Shown: positions 52,854-62,465 of the stretch, in pieces
Layout of the letters: each line of letters begins with the position of its first letter
Position numbering within the stretch: position 1 is the stretch's first letter
Source of the DNA: Candidatus Saccharimonadales bacterium
Lineage (GTDB): Bacteria > Patescibacteriota > Saccharimonadia > Saccharimonadales > 2-12-FULL-41-12
Assembly (NCBI GenBank): GCA_025451045.1
Contig: JANWLD010000001.1
Span: 69,812 to 133,811, forward strand
Reading direction: 5' to 3'
DNA: 64,000 nucleotides
Translations under genes and position numbers: made by a program
The notes under the pieces: model-generated
What the model was told of the DNA's origin: nothing
What the model saw: the letters and a program-made list of their open reading frames with translations, nothing else
Databases searched by the model: none

Positions 52854-53945
52854 CTAGCTTTTCAGGGGCATGATGATGTGCACGTAACTGTCGTCTTTTT
52901 GGTTTCGTAAGATAAAAGGTTCCAGTTTTTCGTTAAAGCCGACAAAAACGTCTTCGTTGGTTAATACGTTCAAAGCGTCCATTATATAGCGCGAGTTAAG
53001 CGTTATTTCCCCGTCTCCTGTGGTTTTAGCGCTGGTTTTGGCAGTGTTTTCGCCTAGCTGAGAGGCTATCGAGTCTATGCTTATCTGTTTTTCGTCGCTG
53101 TCTACGCTAACTTTGACACTACCGGCTGTTTCTCGGGCAAACAGACTCGAAACTTTGGCAATGTTCGACACCTCGCCTTTCGGAGCCGTGGCAGTGGTTT
53201 TGAACTTCTCTGGGATAAGCTTGCGATAGTCGGGGAATTTTCCGTCAATCAGGCGGGTCACTAGCTCCACGTCGCCCTTTTTAAATAGAATCTGTTGTTC
53301 GTCGCTGGTCACCTTTACTTCTTCGTCGCTATCGTCAAGTATCCTTAAAAGGTCCTGAATCGCGCTAGCCGGTACTAACACGTTTACTTCTTCTTTAAGC
53401 GGCATTAGTTTTTTCTCTGCCAAACGGTAGCTGTCGGTAGCGACAGCATACAGCACGTCGGCGGCGGTGTAGAAATTAACGCCTGTTAGTACCGGCCGGG
53501 CGTCATCGTTGCTGGCCGCGATAACAACCTGGTTAAGGGCGGTTTTCAGTTCCTTGGATGGCATTTTCCATTTTTTCCCTTCTTTTATTTTCGGCATTAC
53601 TGGGTAGTCGTCGGCTGGGGTGCCATTTATCACCGATTTGTGGTGGTCGGTGCTGATATGTAGTTTGGTGTCATCGAGTTTCATGTCAATCACTCCGCCA
53701 GGCAGACTGGAAATGAAGTCCTGCATCAGACGGGCTGGCACGGTAATCGAGCCACTGTCGGCTACTTTGGAGCCTATGTAGTTGGTCACGGCTATATTCA
53801 GGTCTGTTGCCGCTATACAAACCCTGTTGTCGACCGTCTTGATTAAGACATTTGCGAGAATCGGCAAGGTGTTTCGCGTGGTGGCTATCTTGGCTACGTT
53901 GTTTAGCGCCCGCCCTAAATTTTCCTGTGTGACTTGAAGCTTCAT
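52854..53945 (-). CDS. dnaN: DNA polymerase III beta sliding clamp
   Basis: 363 aa. N-terminal MKLQVTQENLGRALNNVAKIATTRNTLPILANVLI and three-domain length. Lies between dnaA and recF. Confidence 0.92.
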   Translation of the reverse strand: MKLQVTQENLGRALNNVAKIATTRNTLPILANVLIKTVDNRVCIAATDLNIAVTNYIGSKVADSGSITVPARLMQDFISSLPGGVIDMKLDDTKLHISTDHHKSVINGTPADDYPVMPKIKEGKKWKMPSKELKTALNQVVIAASNDDARPVLTGVNFYTAADVLYAVATDSYRLAEKKLMPLKEEVNVLVPASAIQDLLRILDDSDEEVKVTSDEQQILFKKGDVELVTRLIDGKFPDYRKLIPEKFKTTATAPKGEVSNIAKVSSLFARETAGSVKVSVDSDEKQISIDSIASQLGENTAKTSAKTTGDGEITLNSRYIMDALNVLTNEDVFVGFNEKLEPFILRNQKDDSYVHIIMPLKS

Positions 53946-54117
53946 ATAACTAATCCTTTATTTATTTGAAGTGTATTAATAGTAGAAAACCTTGTGAATA
54001 ATAGGGAAAAACAGCGATTTATTGAGAGAACTTCGACAAATATAACTTGCAAAAACCTGGGTACAACACACGGAAAAATACTGGAAAACCCAGGCTTATA
54101 CCCAGCTGTAAAAAATA

Positions 54118-54157
54118 CAAAAAAACTATTTGTGTAAAACCCGGCGTTTTTACACAA
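54118..54157 (-). terminator. Rho-independent terminator after dnaA
   Basis: ttgtgtaaaa (54130-54139) pairs with ttttacacaa (54148-54157), a perfect 10-bp stem. On the minus strand it is followed by atagttttttt. Confidence 0.55.
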
Positions 54158-54194
54158 TGAACCTAATCGCCCGCCCACAGCCAAAACACAGTCT

Positions 54195-55607
54195 TTAAAC
54201 ATGCAGTTTTTCCTTTATCGCACTGATTGCCGCACGCACATCCGGGTCATAAGACTGCTCTTTATCAATTTTTTCTACAGAATGGATAGCCGTAGTATGG
54301 TCTTTTCGGCCTAATTCCCTGGCAATCTTCGGAAAACTCAAGTGCAGTTCGCTGCGGATAATATACATAGCAATCTGGCGGGGCACCACGATCTCTTTGT
54401 CGCGTTTTGGTCCGACTAACTCTTCTACGGAAAGGGAAAAGTACCTGGCTGTACGCTCGACCACCTGTTTTGCTGTAAGGTGCCGCGGCCGGTTCTTCTG
54501 GCTGCCTAACAACGCAAGCGCAATTTCAAGAGTCGGCTCGAGCTGGCGCATCTCACAAAAAGCAACAAGCTGGTTCAATACGCCCTCCAGCTCCCGGATA
54601 TTGTTTTGAACCGAACCGGCCAAATGCTCAACAAGGTCATGCGACAAGTTCACGCCGTGTTGCTGAGCCTTAGATTGGATAATTACGCAGCGCGTTTCAA
54701 AATCCGGAGCCTGCATGTCTATTGCCATTCCCCACTCAAAACGTGAACGCAGTCGATCCGTCAGGGTGGGGATGTCCTTTGGCCGGGCGTCACTACTGAC
54801 AATAATCTGCTTATTGGCCTGGTGCAGGGCGTTGAAGGTATGAAAAAATTCCTCCTGAGTCTTTTCCTTGCCGGCAATGAACTGCACGTCATCGATAATC
54901 AAAACATCAGCACCGCGGTAATAACCGGCGAAATCAGTGTTTTTCTTGTATCTGATGGCGTCCAAAAACTCCTGGACAAACTGTTCAGTCGTTACATACA
55001 CCACCCTTGAAGCCTTTTTGTTTTCTATAAGTGCATTTCCTACGGCCTGGATAAGATGCGTCTTGCCAATACCCACTCCTCCATATAAAAACAACGGGTT
55101 GTATTTAGCCGCCGGGTTTTGGGCAATTGCTTGACAGGCGGCGTAAGCCAGCTCGTTGCCGGAGCCTACGATGAAGTTTTCGAAGGTGTATTTTTCGTTC
55201 AGCCCATGCCTATAAGAATGTGTCAGGCTGGAAGAAACCTCAGACGTGCTGCCGGTTGAACCTGAACTGCTTCTTCCGGATAAGATTACCGGACTATCTT
55301 CGACTTTTCGGTGCAATGAAGAGGCCGGCAGTATCTTATACTCCACAGTAACAGGATTTAGGCCATTGTTCTCTAGGCTTTGGACGATGATGTCATTGAA
55401 CTTGCTTTCCAGCTGCTGTTTTATAAATACGTTCGGCGCGCCCACCACCACGACCTCACCATCTATTCGAAGAAGACGTGTATTCTTGAACCATGTGGCG
55501 AAGTTTCCCTGTGATACTCCAAGCTCAATCTCACCCAATACAGTTTGCCACAAAGTGGTGGTGTCCAAGACTCTATTCATCCCCTCTTTTTCTTTTACTT
55601 GTTCCAA
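54195..55607 (-). CDS. dnaA: Chromosomal replication initiator DnaA
   Basis: 470 aa. LFLYGGVGIGKTHL Walker A, LIIDDVQF and a C-terminal DNA-binding domain (DHTTAIHSVEKI). The track start is a TTG; an ATG at 55580 (MNRVLDTTTLWQ) is an alternative. Confidence 0.95.
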   Translation of the reverse strand: MEQVKEKEGMNRVLDTTTLWQTVLGEIELGVSQGNFATWFKNTRLLRIDGEVVVVGAPNVFIKQQLESKFNDIIVQSLENNGLNPVTVEYKILPASSLHRKVEDSPVILSGRSSSGSTGSTSEVSSSLTHSYRHGLNEKYTFENFIVGSGNELAYAACQAIAQNPAAKYNPLFLYGGVGIGKTHLIQAVGNALIENKKASRVVYVTTEQFVQEFLDAIRYKKNTDFAGYYRGADVLIIDDVQFIAGKEKTQEEFFHTFNALHQANKQIIVSSDARPKDIPTLTDRLRSRFEWGMAIDMQAPDFETRCVIIQSKAQQHGVNLSHDLVEHLAGSVQNNIRELEGVLNQLVAFCEMRQLEPTLEIALALLGSQKNRPRHLTAKQVVERTARYFSLSVEELVGPKRDKEIVVPRQIAMYIIRSELHLSFPKIARELGRKDHTTAIHSVEKIDKEQSYDPDVRAAISAIKEKLHV

Positions 55608-55908
55608 TACTATAACGAACTGGAGGTTAGTTTTCCACAGTAATTTTCATAACATTTTATTTTTCATCAGAAAGCCGGCCAACAGATTAATATTTATACA
55701 CAGAAAAATACTCAATCAGTTAATTTGTGGATAAAAGTAGGGCAATGGTGGATAATTTAGCGGGAATGTTGGTAATAATATTGTCAAAAACACGGCGAAA
55801 GCCTAAATAAAAAACAAACGGGCTTGACACTATCCTCAGCTTGCTAAAAACTCGCTTATTAGCTAGTATTCGTAGACGTATTTTACAAAATAATCTCATA
55901 GGGAACAT
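55608..55908. other. Candidate oriC region (DnaA boxes, AT-rich) between dnaA and rpmH
   Basis: A perfect DnaA box, tgtggataa (55726-55734, complement of TTATCCACA). Three one-mismatch boxes: ggtggataa (55747-55755), ttttccaca (55631-55639) and ttatacaca (55694-55702). AT-rich stretches lie around 55640-55720. A possible rpmH promoter is TTGACA (55824-55829), a 17-nt spacer, then AAAACT. Confidence 0.65.
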
Positions 55909-56046
55909 ATGCCAAAAAGAACCTTCCAGCCGAAAAAACGCAAACGCTCGCGCCAACACGGATTTTTCAAACGCATGGCCAGCAAAGCCGGACAAAAGGT
56001 CATCAAGCGCCGCCGTTTAAAGGGGCGCGCTAAGCTAACCTCTTAG
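55909..56046 (+). CDS. rpmH: 50S ribosomal protein L34
   Basis: Not in the ORF track because it is under 60 aa. The ATG at 55909 gives [45 protein letters not shown] (45 aa), with a TAG stop at 56044-56046. Confidence 0.95.
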   Translation: MPKRTFQPKKRKRSRQHGFFKRMASKAGQKVIKRRRLKGRAKLTS

Positions 56047-56065
56047 TCCTCTGTTATTCTTATAA

Positions 56066-56419
56066 TTGATGATTTCACGCAAGCACCGGTTTCGTGGCCG
56101 CCACTCGTTGGATTATATTTACCGTCGTGGCAAAGCCCATCGGGCTGGTCCATTAACGATGAAATACCTCCCGGCAAAAGGCGAAGACTTCCGTCTGGCG
56201 GTAGTTGTCAGCAAAAAAGTCAGCAAGTCCGCAGTTAAACGCAATCGTATCCGTCGCCGGGTTTTTGAACAATTCAGAGATATTCGCAGACTGCAGACTA
56301 AGCCGATAAAGTATGACATTATAGTCACCGCTTTTGATGAAAGTCTAGCTACTCTACCCGCAAAAGAAATGGCCAGCTTGTGCCAAAAACTTGCCTCGGC
56401 TCTAAAAACCCGCAACTAG
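56066..56419 (+). CDS. rnpA: Ribonuclease P protein component
   Basis: 117 aa and basic. Contains a VSKKVSKSAVKRNRIRRRV RNR motif and follows rpmH directly. Start is the TTG at 56066 or the ATG at 56069. Confidence 0.85.
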   Translation: MMISRKHRFRGRHSLDYIYRRGKAHRAGPLTMKYLPAKGEDFRLAVVVSKKVSKSAVKRNRIRRRVFEQFRDIRRLQTKPIKYDIIVTAFDESLATLPAKEMASLCQKLASALKTRN

Positions 56420-56542
56420 AGCTGTGTTAAAGTAGAAGGTATCGTTCTTGCCTTGGGATTAAAACGACCAATCAAGTGCCAAAAAACTTTTTGCACGACC
56501 TAACCTCAAGAGAAGAGCCTAAAATTAACAGGAGAATTAAAA

Positions 56543-57445
56543 ATGTTTCATACATTTATCGAACAGCCTGTCTTTAACTTGCTTATAACAATTTATGCCC
56601 TGATTCCCGGACATGATTTGGGCCTATCGATAATTATCTTCACTGCTATCATCCGCTTGGCGCTTTGGCCATTGGTTAAACGCCAGCTACATCAGGCCAA
56701 AGCGATGAAAAAGCTCCAGCCAAAAATAAAAGAGATAAAAAAGGCCTCAGGAGGTGACCGCCAAAAAGAAGCCCGCCTGCAGATGGAACTGTACAAAGAA
56801 CACGGCGTAAAGCCGTTTTCCACCATCGGCACGCTAATTATCCAGCTGCCGATATTCATTGCTTTATACCAATCGGTTCGAAAACTCATCGCAGACCCAA
56901 ACATCATTTTTACCGATGCTTACAGCTGGGTTGCAAACCTGCCTTTCATTCAGGATTTATCAAAAGATATTTCCCAGTTTGACCATACTCTTTTCGGGTT
57001 TGTAGACCTTTCCCGTAAGGCGATTGAGCCCGGCGGCCTCTATGTTCCAGCCCTGATTGTAGCCATAATTGCGGCCATCATGCAGTACTATCAAAGCAAA
57101 CTAATGATGCCGGATAGCAAGGATGCCCGAAAGCTTTCCGTGATATTAAAAGAAGCTGCCTCTGGCAACCAAGCCGACCAATCAGAAATCGGTGCGTCTA
57201 TCAGCCGAATGATGATGTACTTTTTGCCGTTCATGACCTTCATTTTTGCCATCAGCATCCCTTCGGCTCTGTCGCTTTATCTATTGACCAGTGCCGCCGT
57301 GGGCTATTTACAGCAGGCCTATGTACTTAGACAAGACGAAGAAGAAATGCATGAACTGGCTATTGAAGGCGAAGTAGTGAACAAGCCCAAAGCCCCAAAT
57401 AAAAAGAAGAAATCTTCCGGCAAGAAAAAGAGGAAGAAGAAATGA
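56543..57445 (+). CDS. yidC: Membrane protein insertase YidC (short, Gram-positive type)
   Basis: 300 aa with 5 TM helices. Motifs IIFTAIIRLALWPL and KLQPKIKEIK, plus a Lys-rich C-terminal tail. Confidence 0.9.
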   Translation: MFHTFIEQPVFNLLITIYALIPGHDLGLSIIIFTAIIRLALWPLVKRQLHQAKAMKKLQPKIKEIKKASGGDRQKEARLQMELYKEHGVKPFSTIGTLIIQLPIFIALYQSVRKLIADPNIIFTDAYSWVANLPFIQDLSKDISQFDHTLFGFVDLSRKAIEPGGLYVPALIVAIIAAIMQYYQSKLMMPDSKDARKLSVILKEAASGNQADQSEIGASISRMMMYFLPFMTFIFAISIPSALSLYLLTSAAVGYLQQAYVLRQDEEEMHELAIEGEVVNKPKAPNKKKKSSGKKKRKKK

Positions 57446-57948
57446 GCGACAAAAACAAACCAGACACCAAACCCGACAAAGAAGCCGTCGAGCAGTCAAT
57501 CCAATATGCCAAGAAGTATCTGGAGGATTTGCTATCGTTTTTTGGCCTTAACACTGAAGTTTATGCCAGCAATAGCGAGGACGAAGTAATCGAATTGCAA
57601 GTGCCTTCTAGCCACCTTAATGGATTTTTAATCGGCAATCGCGGCGAAACCATGCACGGGTTGCAGTTTCTGACCAGCAGCGCGCTCAAAAACGGCGGTT
57701 TCGCCATGAACCGGGTAAATGTTGATATTGCCGAATATAAAAAACAGCGAGCCGAACGCCTAAGCCACAAAGCCGAAGAATGGGTAAAAGAAGTAAAAGA
57801 CTCCAATCAACCAATGGACCTGCAGCCGATGAATGCCGCCGATAGACGAGTAATCCACAAACTAGCCGGAGAACACGGGCTTGAGAGCGAGTCGGTCGGC
57901 GAGGGCAGGGATCGGCACATAGTGCTAAAACCGACCCAAAAAGCTTAA
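57442..57948 (+). CDS. jag: Jag/KhpB-like RNA-binding protein (KH + R3H domains)
   Basis: 168 aa. R3H motif ADRRVIHKLAGEHGLESESVGEG. Overlaps the yidC stop by 4 nt. Confidence 0.85.
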   Translation: MSDKNKPDTKPDKEAVEQSIQYAKKYLEDLLSFFGLNTEVYASNSEDEVIELQVPSSHLNGFLIGNRGETMHGLQFLTSSALKNGGFAMNRVNVDIAEYKKQRAERLSHKAEEWVKEVKDSNQPMDLQPMNAADRRVIHKLAGEHGLESESVGEGRDRHIVLKPTQKA

Positions 57949-60857
57949 TCTGCTTGCTGTTTCTTGCCGCGCAACCGGAAAAATACCGCTAAGGCCAATA
58001 GGATAATAAGAATTATTAAAATAGGGCCGACTGGCAGACCGTTAGATTTTTGCAATGGCACGGGGGTTTGGGTTGGTTGAGTACTGGCAGCCTGTGAAGA
58101 TGTGCTCAAAACTTGGGACTGGTTTAACAATAACGCACTGCCGGTATCGCTGCCAAATAGTATAGCCTGTGTTCCGGTACCTTGGCTTTGGCTATTTAAG
58201 ACAGTTTCAGGTATGGTCGAAACCTGCGCCTGCGGTCCGATAGCACTCTGTTGCGGCTGAACACTTACTACATTTTGGTTTTGGCTATCCACTGAGTCAA
58301 TTATATCAGTACTTGTTGTGTCGTCTAAAGGCGGGGTAACCTCTATAGGATTTTCATCGTCGGCAGGGAACCCAGTCGGTATAGGAATGTTTTCCGAAGG
58401 CGGCGTAGGATCAGGGACTATGTTATCTGATGATTCATCTGTCGGAGTTTCGGCAATAGGCTCAGTAATTGTATTATCATCTTGAAACGTCTCCCCCTCA
58501 ACCGGTAAAACGGGCTGCGGTTCGCCGATTTCCCCATCGGAATCGGTTTCGTAATCGGCTACAAAAACTTCCTGCCGATACTCAATGTTTTCTCCGGCTA
58601 CGTTTTTCCCGGCAATATGCAGAGTATGATAGCCGACAGGCACGGAGTCCGGCAAAGTTAAAGTATCGCTGATTGCTCCATCGCTGTCCGAAGAAAATAC
58701 TCCTAATGAAATAGGATCCGAAGTAAGTTTTACTTCCACAGAACTGTTTGGAGCAAACCCTTCGGCGTTTAGACTTTGTTCCTGATTCTTTGTCCACCAA
58801 CTGTCAATGACATCTGATTTGTTAAAAAAGTTAATATCTAACGCATCGTATACATTACTGCCGATAAAATCTTTAGCATCAGCGATTGTCGGCAAAGGCA
58901 CGACCTTAGGAGCAGAGTTCCTAGCCGCGAAGTTATTTGTTTTTTCCAATATGGCTTTTTCAATCAGTTCATGCCCCAAGGCGTTAGGATGGTAGCTTTC
59001 ATTGCCTATAGGCCCGATATCAAAAACCTTATCATTGCCAAGAGTCAGGCCATTGACTGCAAACTCCGCGACACTGGATTCGCAAAGCCTGTGTCCATTT
59101 AATGCATCGGCTATATCCACGTAGTAGACCCCGGCATTATCAGCAGCTTTTTTAATAACCGAATTTATATAATCAGCTAAGTTGTTAAAAAATTTCAATT
59201 CATCTTTATTAGCCTGCACATTTGGCTCACACGGGCCATCCGGATTGACCATCCTCGGGTAACCGATGACATAAATATCACTACCGGGGGAGGATTCTTT
59301 AAGCTGGGCATACATTTTCACCAATTCCGGGAAACGGTCGTTAACAGTTTTAATTAACTCAGCTCTCTCGAGGGGCTTTGAGTAACAGGTATCCGGCCAG
59401 AAAACACAATTTCTTACAATATTGCCAAAACCCATATCGTTTCCTGATATGGAAAGGGTAATTTTATCCGGTTTATATTTGAAAACGAAGTCTTTTTGCA
59501 TCCGATAACCGGGTAGGAAATTATCTAAGATTTCGTTATTAAATCCAACGTCTGTCTTTTCAAAAGATTGCGGATCTTGCTCCTGGTATCTTGATAGATA
59601 TTGACCATTAATATCTTTAATTTTGGCCCCTGAACAGGCAATTGACTGAAAAAGATTCAGCCCTAGTTCTTCACCAATCAAATACGGATACGACTTAACC
59701 GAAATATGGCACTTGTTTTTGGGGTTTTTTACATCAGTGCCAGCTTTGTAATCACGGGCGCCTTCGCCGCTGGCAAAAGAATCACCGAGAGCCAGATAAG
59801 GAAATTCTACCGGCGCATGGCCCGTGGCAGTTAGCAACTGTACATATCTTGTCCTAACCCCATTCTTAAGCGTTGTTCCATATAATTTCAGATTGTAATT
59901 GTCTATAAAACTTATTTTTGTACCAATACCCAGATGATCGGGCATTATTGATTGTAAAATGGGCTTCAGGTCGCGAAACTGGCAAGTCGCCGGCTTGTTT
60001 AGCAGAGATGATTTTGCGCAGTTATCTAAATCATAAATCTTGAAGCTAAGAGACGCGGCGACTGCAGATACGGCTACATACCTTCCGTCATTACTGACAG
60101 CATATTCAAGTAACGGGTCTTGGCCGATACCGTAAGTGTAGCCGGGGGCGAAAATCGATATTCCGCCTGTGTCGACATTAAGCCTGACGAGCCCTATTCC
60201 TATAGCATCAAAAACCACCCACTTTCCATTTCCGGAAACTCCTCGGGCATCCAGCCTGCCAAAAAGTTTATTGGATAATTCGTCCTTAACAGTTTGCGAA
60301 GTTCCATTGGAAAGTATGTGTTTAATCTCACCAGTCAAACCATCAACTTGAGTAGTTAGTCGATGCCCAATACCCCTTTCAATATTTATATAGGCGCCCG
60401 ATGGAGCATTAAAATCTAAGGATAAAGCATCGTCACTATTTGGCAGGGGCGACAGCTTAACTTTAAAATTATTTGGATAATAAACCTCACCAGAAATATT
60501 AGTGCCCAGTCGCGTTAATCTATTTGTTTTTTCTATCGTTCCGAACAAAGTATCAACGCCGCAGGAATTGTAGCTTTGCTCGCTTTGAAGAATAATTTTT
60601 TTGGCAGGCCGGGTTATAAATTTTTTCTGGATTATGCATTCCTGGTTGCCATCAACGTATAAAGGCATTTCCTCAAAAGGAATATTTTCCTTCAAGTTTT
60701 TAACAGAGGGCGTTTCTGCCGCCAGCCAAGGGGAAGCCTCACCAGTCGCTGAAGCCATCGAAGATTTTTGCGAGCTGACAAACACAGAAAAAATCAACAG
60801 GCTCGCTACTGTAAATAAAAAAGGCTTCAGGCTAATTCTTATAGGCCAACCCACCAT
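57945..60857 (-). CDS. Giant surface protein with SGNH/GDSL hydrolase domain, Pro/Thr-rich stalk and C-terminal membrane anchor
   Basis: 970 aa. Signal peptide, a ~340-aa beta-rich N-terminal region, GDSL block I YLALGDSFASGEGA, block V-like ESYHPNALGH, an Ig-like segment, an acidic P/T/E-rich stalk, and a C-terminal LPVGPILIILIILLALAVFFRLRGKKQQAD. Confidence 0.7.
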   Translation of the reverse strand: MVGWPIRISLKPFLFTVASLLIFSVFVSSQKSSMASATGEASPWLAAETPSVKNLKENIPFEEMPLYVDGNQECIIQKKFITRPAKKIILQSEQSYNSCGVDTLFGTIEKTNRLTRLGTNISGEVYYPNNFKVKLSPLPNSDDALSLDFNAPSGAYINIERGIGHRLTTQVDGLTGEIKHILSNGTSQTVKDELSNKLFGRLDARGVSGNGKWVVFDAIGIGLVRLNVDTGGISIFAPGYTYGIGQDPLLEYAVSNDGRYVAVSAVAASLSFKIYDLDNCAKSSLLNKPATCQFRDLKPILQSIMPDHLGIGTKISFIDNYNLKLYGTTLKNGVRTRYVQLLTATGHAPVEFPYLALGDSFASGEGARDYKAGTDVKNPKNKCHISVKSYPYLIGEELGLNLFQSIACSGAKIKDINGQYLSRYQEQDPQSFEKTDVGFNNEILDNFLPGYRMQKDFVFKYKPDKITLSISGNDMGFGNIVRNCVFWPDTCYSKPLERAELIKTVNDRFPELVKMYAQLKESSPGSDIYVIGYPRMVNPDGPCEPNVQANKDELKFFNNLADYINSVIKKAADNAGVYYVDIADALNGHRLCESSVAEFAVNGLTLGNDKVFDIGPIGNESYHPNALGHELIEKAILEKTNNFAARNSAPKVVPLPTIADAKDFIGSNVYDALDINFFNKSDVIDSWWTKNQEQSLNAEGFAPNSSVEVKLTSDPISLGVFSSDSDGAISDTLTLPDSVPVGYHTLHIAGKNVAGENIEYRQEVFVADYETDSDGEIGEPQPVLPVEGETFQDDNTITEPIAETPTDESSDNIVPDPTPPSENIPIPTGFPADDENPIEVTPPLDDTTSTDIIDSVDSQNQNVVSVQPQQSAIGPQAQVSTIPETVLNSQSQGTGTQAILFGSDTGSALLLNQSQVLSTSSQAASTQPTQTPVPLQKSNGLPVGPILIILIILLALAVFFRLRGKKQQAD

Positions 60858-60902
60858 AAACTCCTATTAACTTCAGGAGTGATTATAGGCTTTAAATATT
60901 AA

Positions 60903-61490
60903 CTAATCTTTAACAGGAAAGTAAGAAAATCTTGATAGCCTACTACAGCCTACTAGGTTACTAAGTTTATACATTGTATTAGTTCCAGGCCTAAGAATAA
61001 AAGAGCATGATAAGTCTAAGTCTTTAAACTTAAAGCTATAGCTTATTTCATGAAACGTACTTTCGGAAGTAAAGTCGTCTTTAGCAAAATCTTTCTTTCC
61101 ATTTGTAGATAAAGATTGAGAATCTATTAAGTCATTACCCGTGAATTTACTTATCAATTTCTTTGCTTCAAAATTGGCGTCGACAATATTTTTAACATCT
61201 ACATTTAAACTCACATAGATACTACATCTTAAAGTACCTTTTCCATAAGGGACGCTTGAATAATTACATTGATGCGTTTTCAGGAAAGTTTTATTTTGCG
61301 GATTTATTGCAAGATTACTTGAAAGTTGATCAAGCTTTTTCTCAGCTTGGTAAAATTTATATCGTTCGACTCCAACTTGACCCAGCCAAACGAGGATCCA
61401 AGCGGCCAAAATTATTAGAATAGTACCGAGAATTTTATGTCTTAAATAAAATCGTTTTTCTGATTTTTTCTTTGGCATAATAAAAACCAT
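60903..61490 (-). CDS. Hypothetical N-terminally anchored protein, AT-rich gene
   Basis: 195 aa with one TM helix (ILGTILIILAAWILVWL) and no motif. Hand count of 120 nt (60901-61020) gives about 32-33% G+C. Confidence 0.5.
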   Translation of the reverse strand: MVFIMPKKKSEKRFYLRHKILGTILIILAAWILVWLGQVGVERYKFYQAEKKLDQLSSNLAINPQNKTFLKTHQCNYSSVPYGKGTLRCSIYVSLNVDVKNIVDANFEAKKLISKFTGNDLIDSQSLSTNGKKDFAKDDFTSESTFHEISYSFKFKDLDLSCSFILRPGTNTMYKLSNLVGCSRLSRFSYFPVKD

Positions 61491-61533
61491 TGTATACGCT
61501 TATGGTTTCTTACCCTATTTTCTTAATAAAAAC

Positions 61534-62433
61534 TTAATATAAATCTTCCATGATGGAAGTATCAATACCCGCGAGCTTCAGCCGAGCCTTATAAACTCGG
61601 TTATCCGCACCCTTCGGTGATATCCCGGTAATCTTCGCGATTTCGTCATAGCTGAAACCAAGTACTTTCAACGCGAGTGAAGTCCTTTGGCCCTCTGAGA
61701 AATGAAAGGAAACTTCAACCACTTGTTTGAGCAGATTCCTAATCATGACCATCCTAAAATTAGGGTCGTCCTCAGAATCAGGTGCCTCCATAAAGTCGTT
61801 GGGCTCAGCGTCCATCCCAGCCCAAGCGACCATAGCGTCATAAGAAGTAGCGGAAAGCGCCCGTTGCTTGTCTTCATCAGAAGCTTCCCCAAGGTGTGTA
61901 ATAGTTGAGAATTGAGACGCCGATTTGTAGATATGTTCCTGGAGCCTTCTCCAAGCCACTGACTTATAATAATGCAAAAAAGAGCCTCTGGACGGATCAA
62001 ACTGGGGGATAATTTCTTCGATAGTATGAGCTCGGACTATCTGCTCGAAGTCATCAAGGTTAATCCGTGAATTCTCCGAATATTTTCTAAATATCTTTTG
62101 TCTTGTAGGTGCCGTGGCTTCTTCCAGCCATTCGTACGCTTCCTCGAACCGATGCCTAGCGGGTTCCCCGGTGTCTATTACAAGACTATTTTGTAAATAC
62201 AATGCCGTTTGGTCCAGCAAGTGATTTTTTCTGGCTTTATCTTCAATTTCCACCGGTTTTGGATGCAGGCGAAGATTTATAAATAAGTGAACAGGATCGA
62301 CGATTGGTTGCTCAGCTGGCCTCTGTGGTATAGCCGCCGCCGCGTCTGTGCCTGTTTCCAGTAATTCTATTTCTAATGACGCCTCTTCCGTGGGAACATG
62401 GATTTCGCGTTCAATAAGTGTTTCCGGATTCAT
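61534..62433 (-). CDS. Sigma-70 family (ECF-like) RNA polymerase sigma factor with long N-terminal extension
   Basis: 299 aa. The C-terminal region-4 HTH is SEGQRTSLALKVLGFSYDEIAKITGISPKGADNRVYKARLKL. A region-2-like segment is GSFLHYYKSVAWRRLQEHIYK. Confidence 0.65.
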   Translation of the reverse strand: MNPETLIEREIHVPTEEASLEIELLETGTDAAAAIPQRPAEQPIVDPVHLFINLRLHPKPVEIEDKARKNHLLDQTALYLQNSLVIDTGEPARHRFEEAYEWLEEATAPTRQKIFRKYSENSRINLDDFEQIVRAHTIEEIIPQFDPSRGSFLHYYKSVAWRRLQEHIYKSASQFSTITHLGEASDEDKQRALSATSYDAMVAWAGMDAEPNDFMEAPDSEDDPNFRMVMIRNLLKQVVEVSFHFSEGQRTSLALKVLGFSYDEIAKITGISPKGADNRVYKARLKLAGIDTSIMEDLY

Positions 62434-62465
62434 CCCAACAAGTTTAACAGGCGGTAGTTAATTAC

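Noticed and set aside
53942-54202. 86-aa ORF filling the dnaA-dnaN spacer.
   Set aside because: It contains the dnaA terminator hairpin and a DnaA-box-like site, has odd composition and spans both gene boundaries. It is more likely non-coding.
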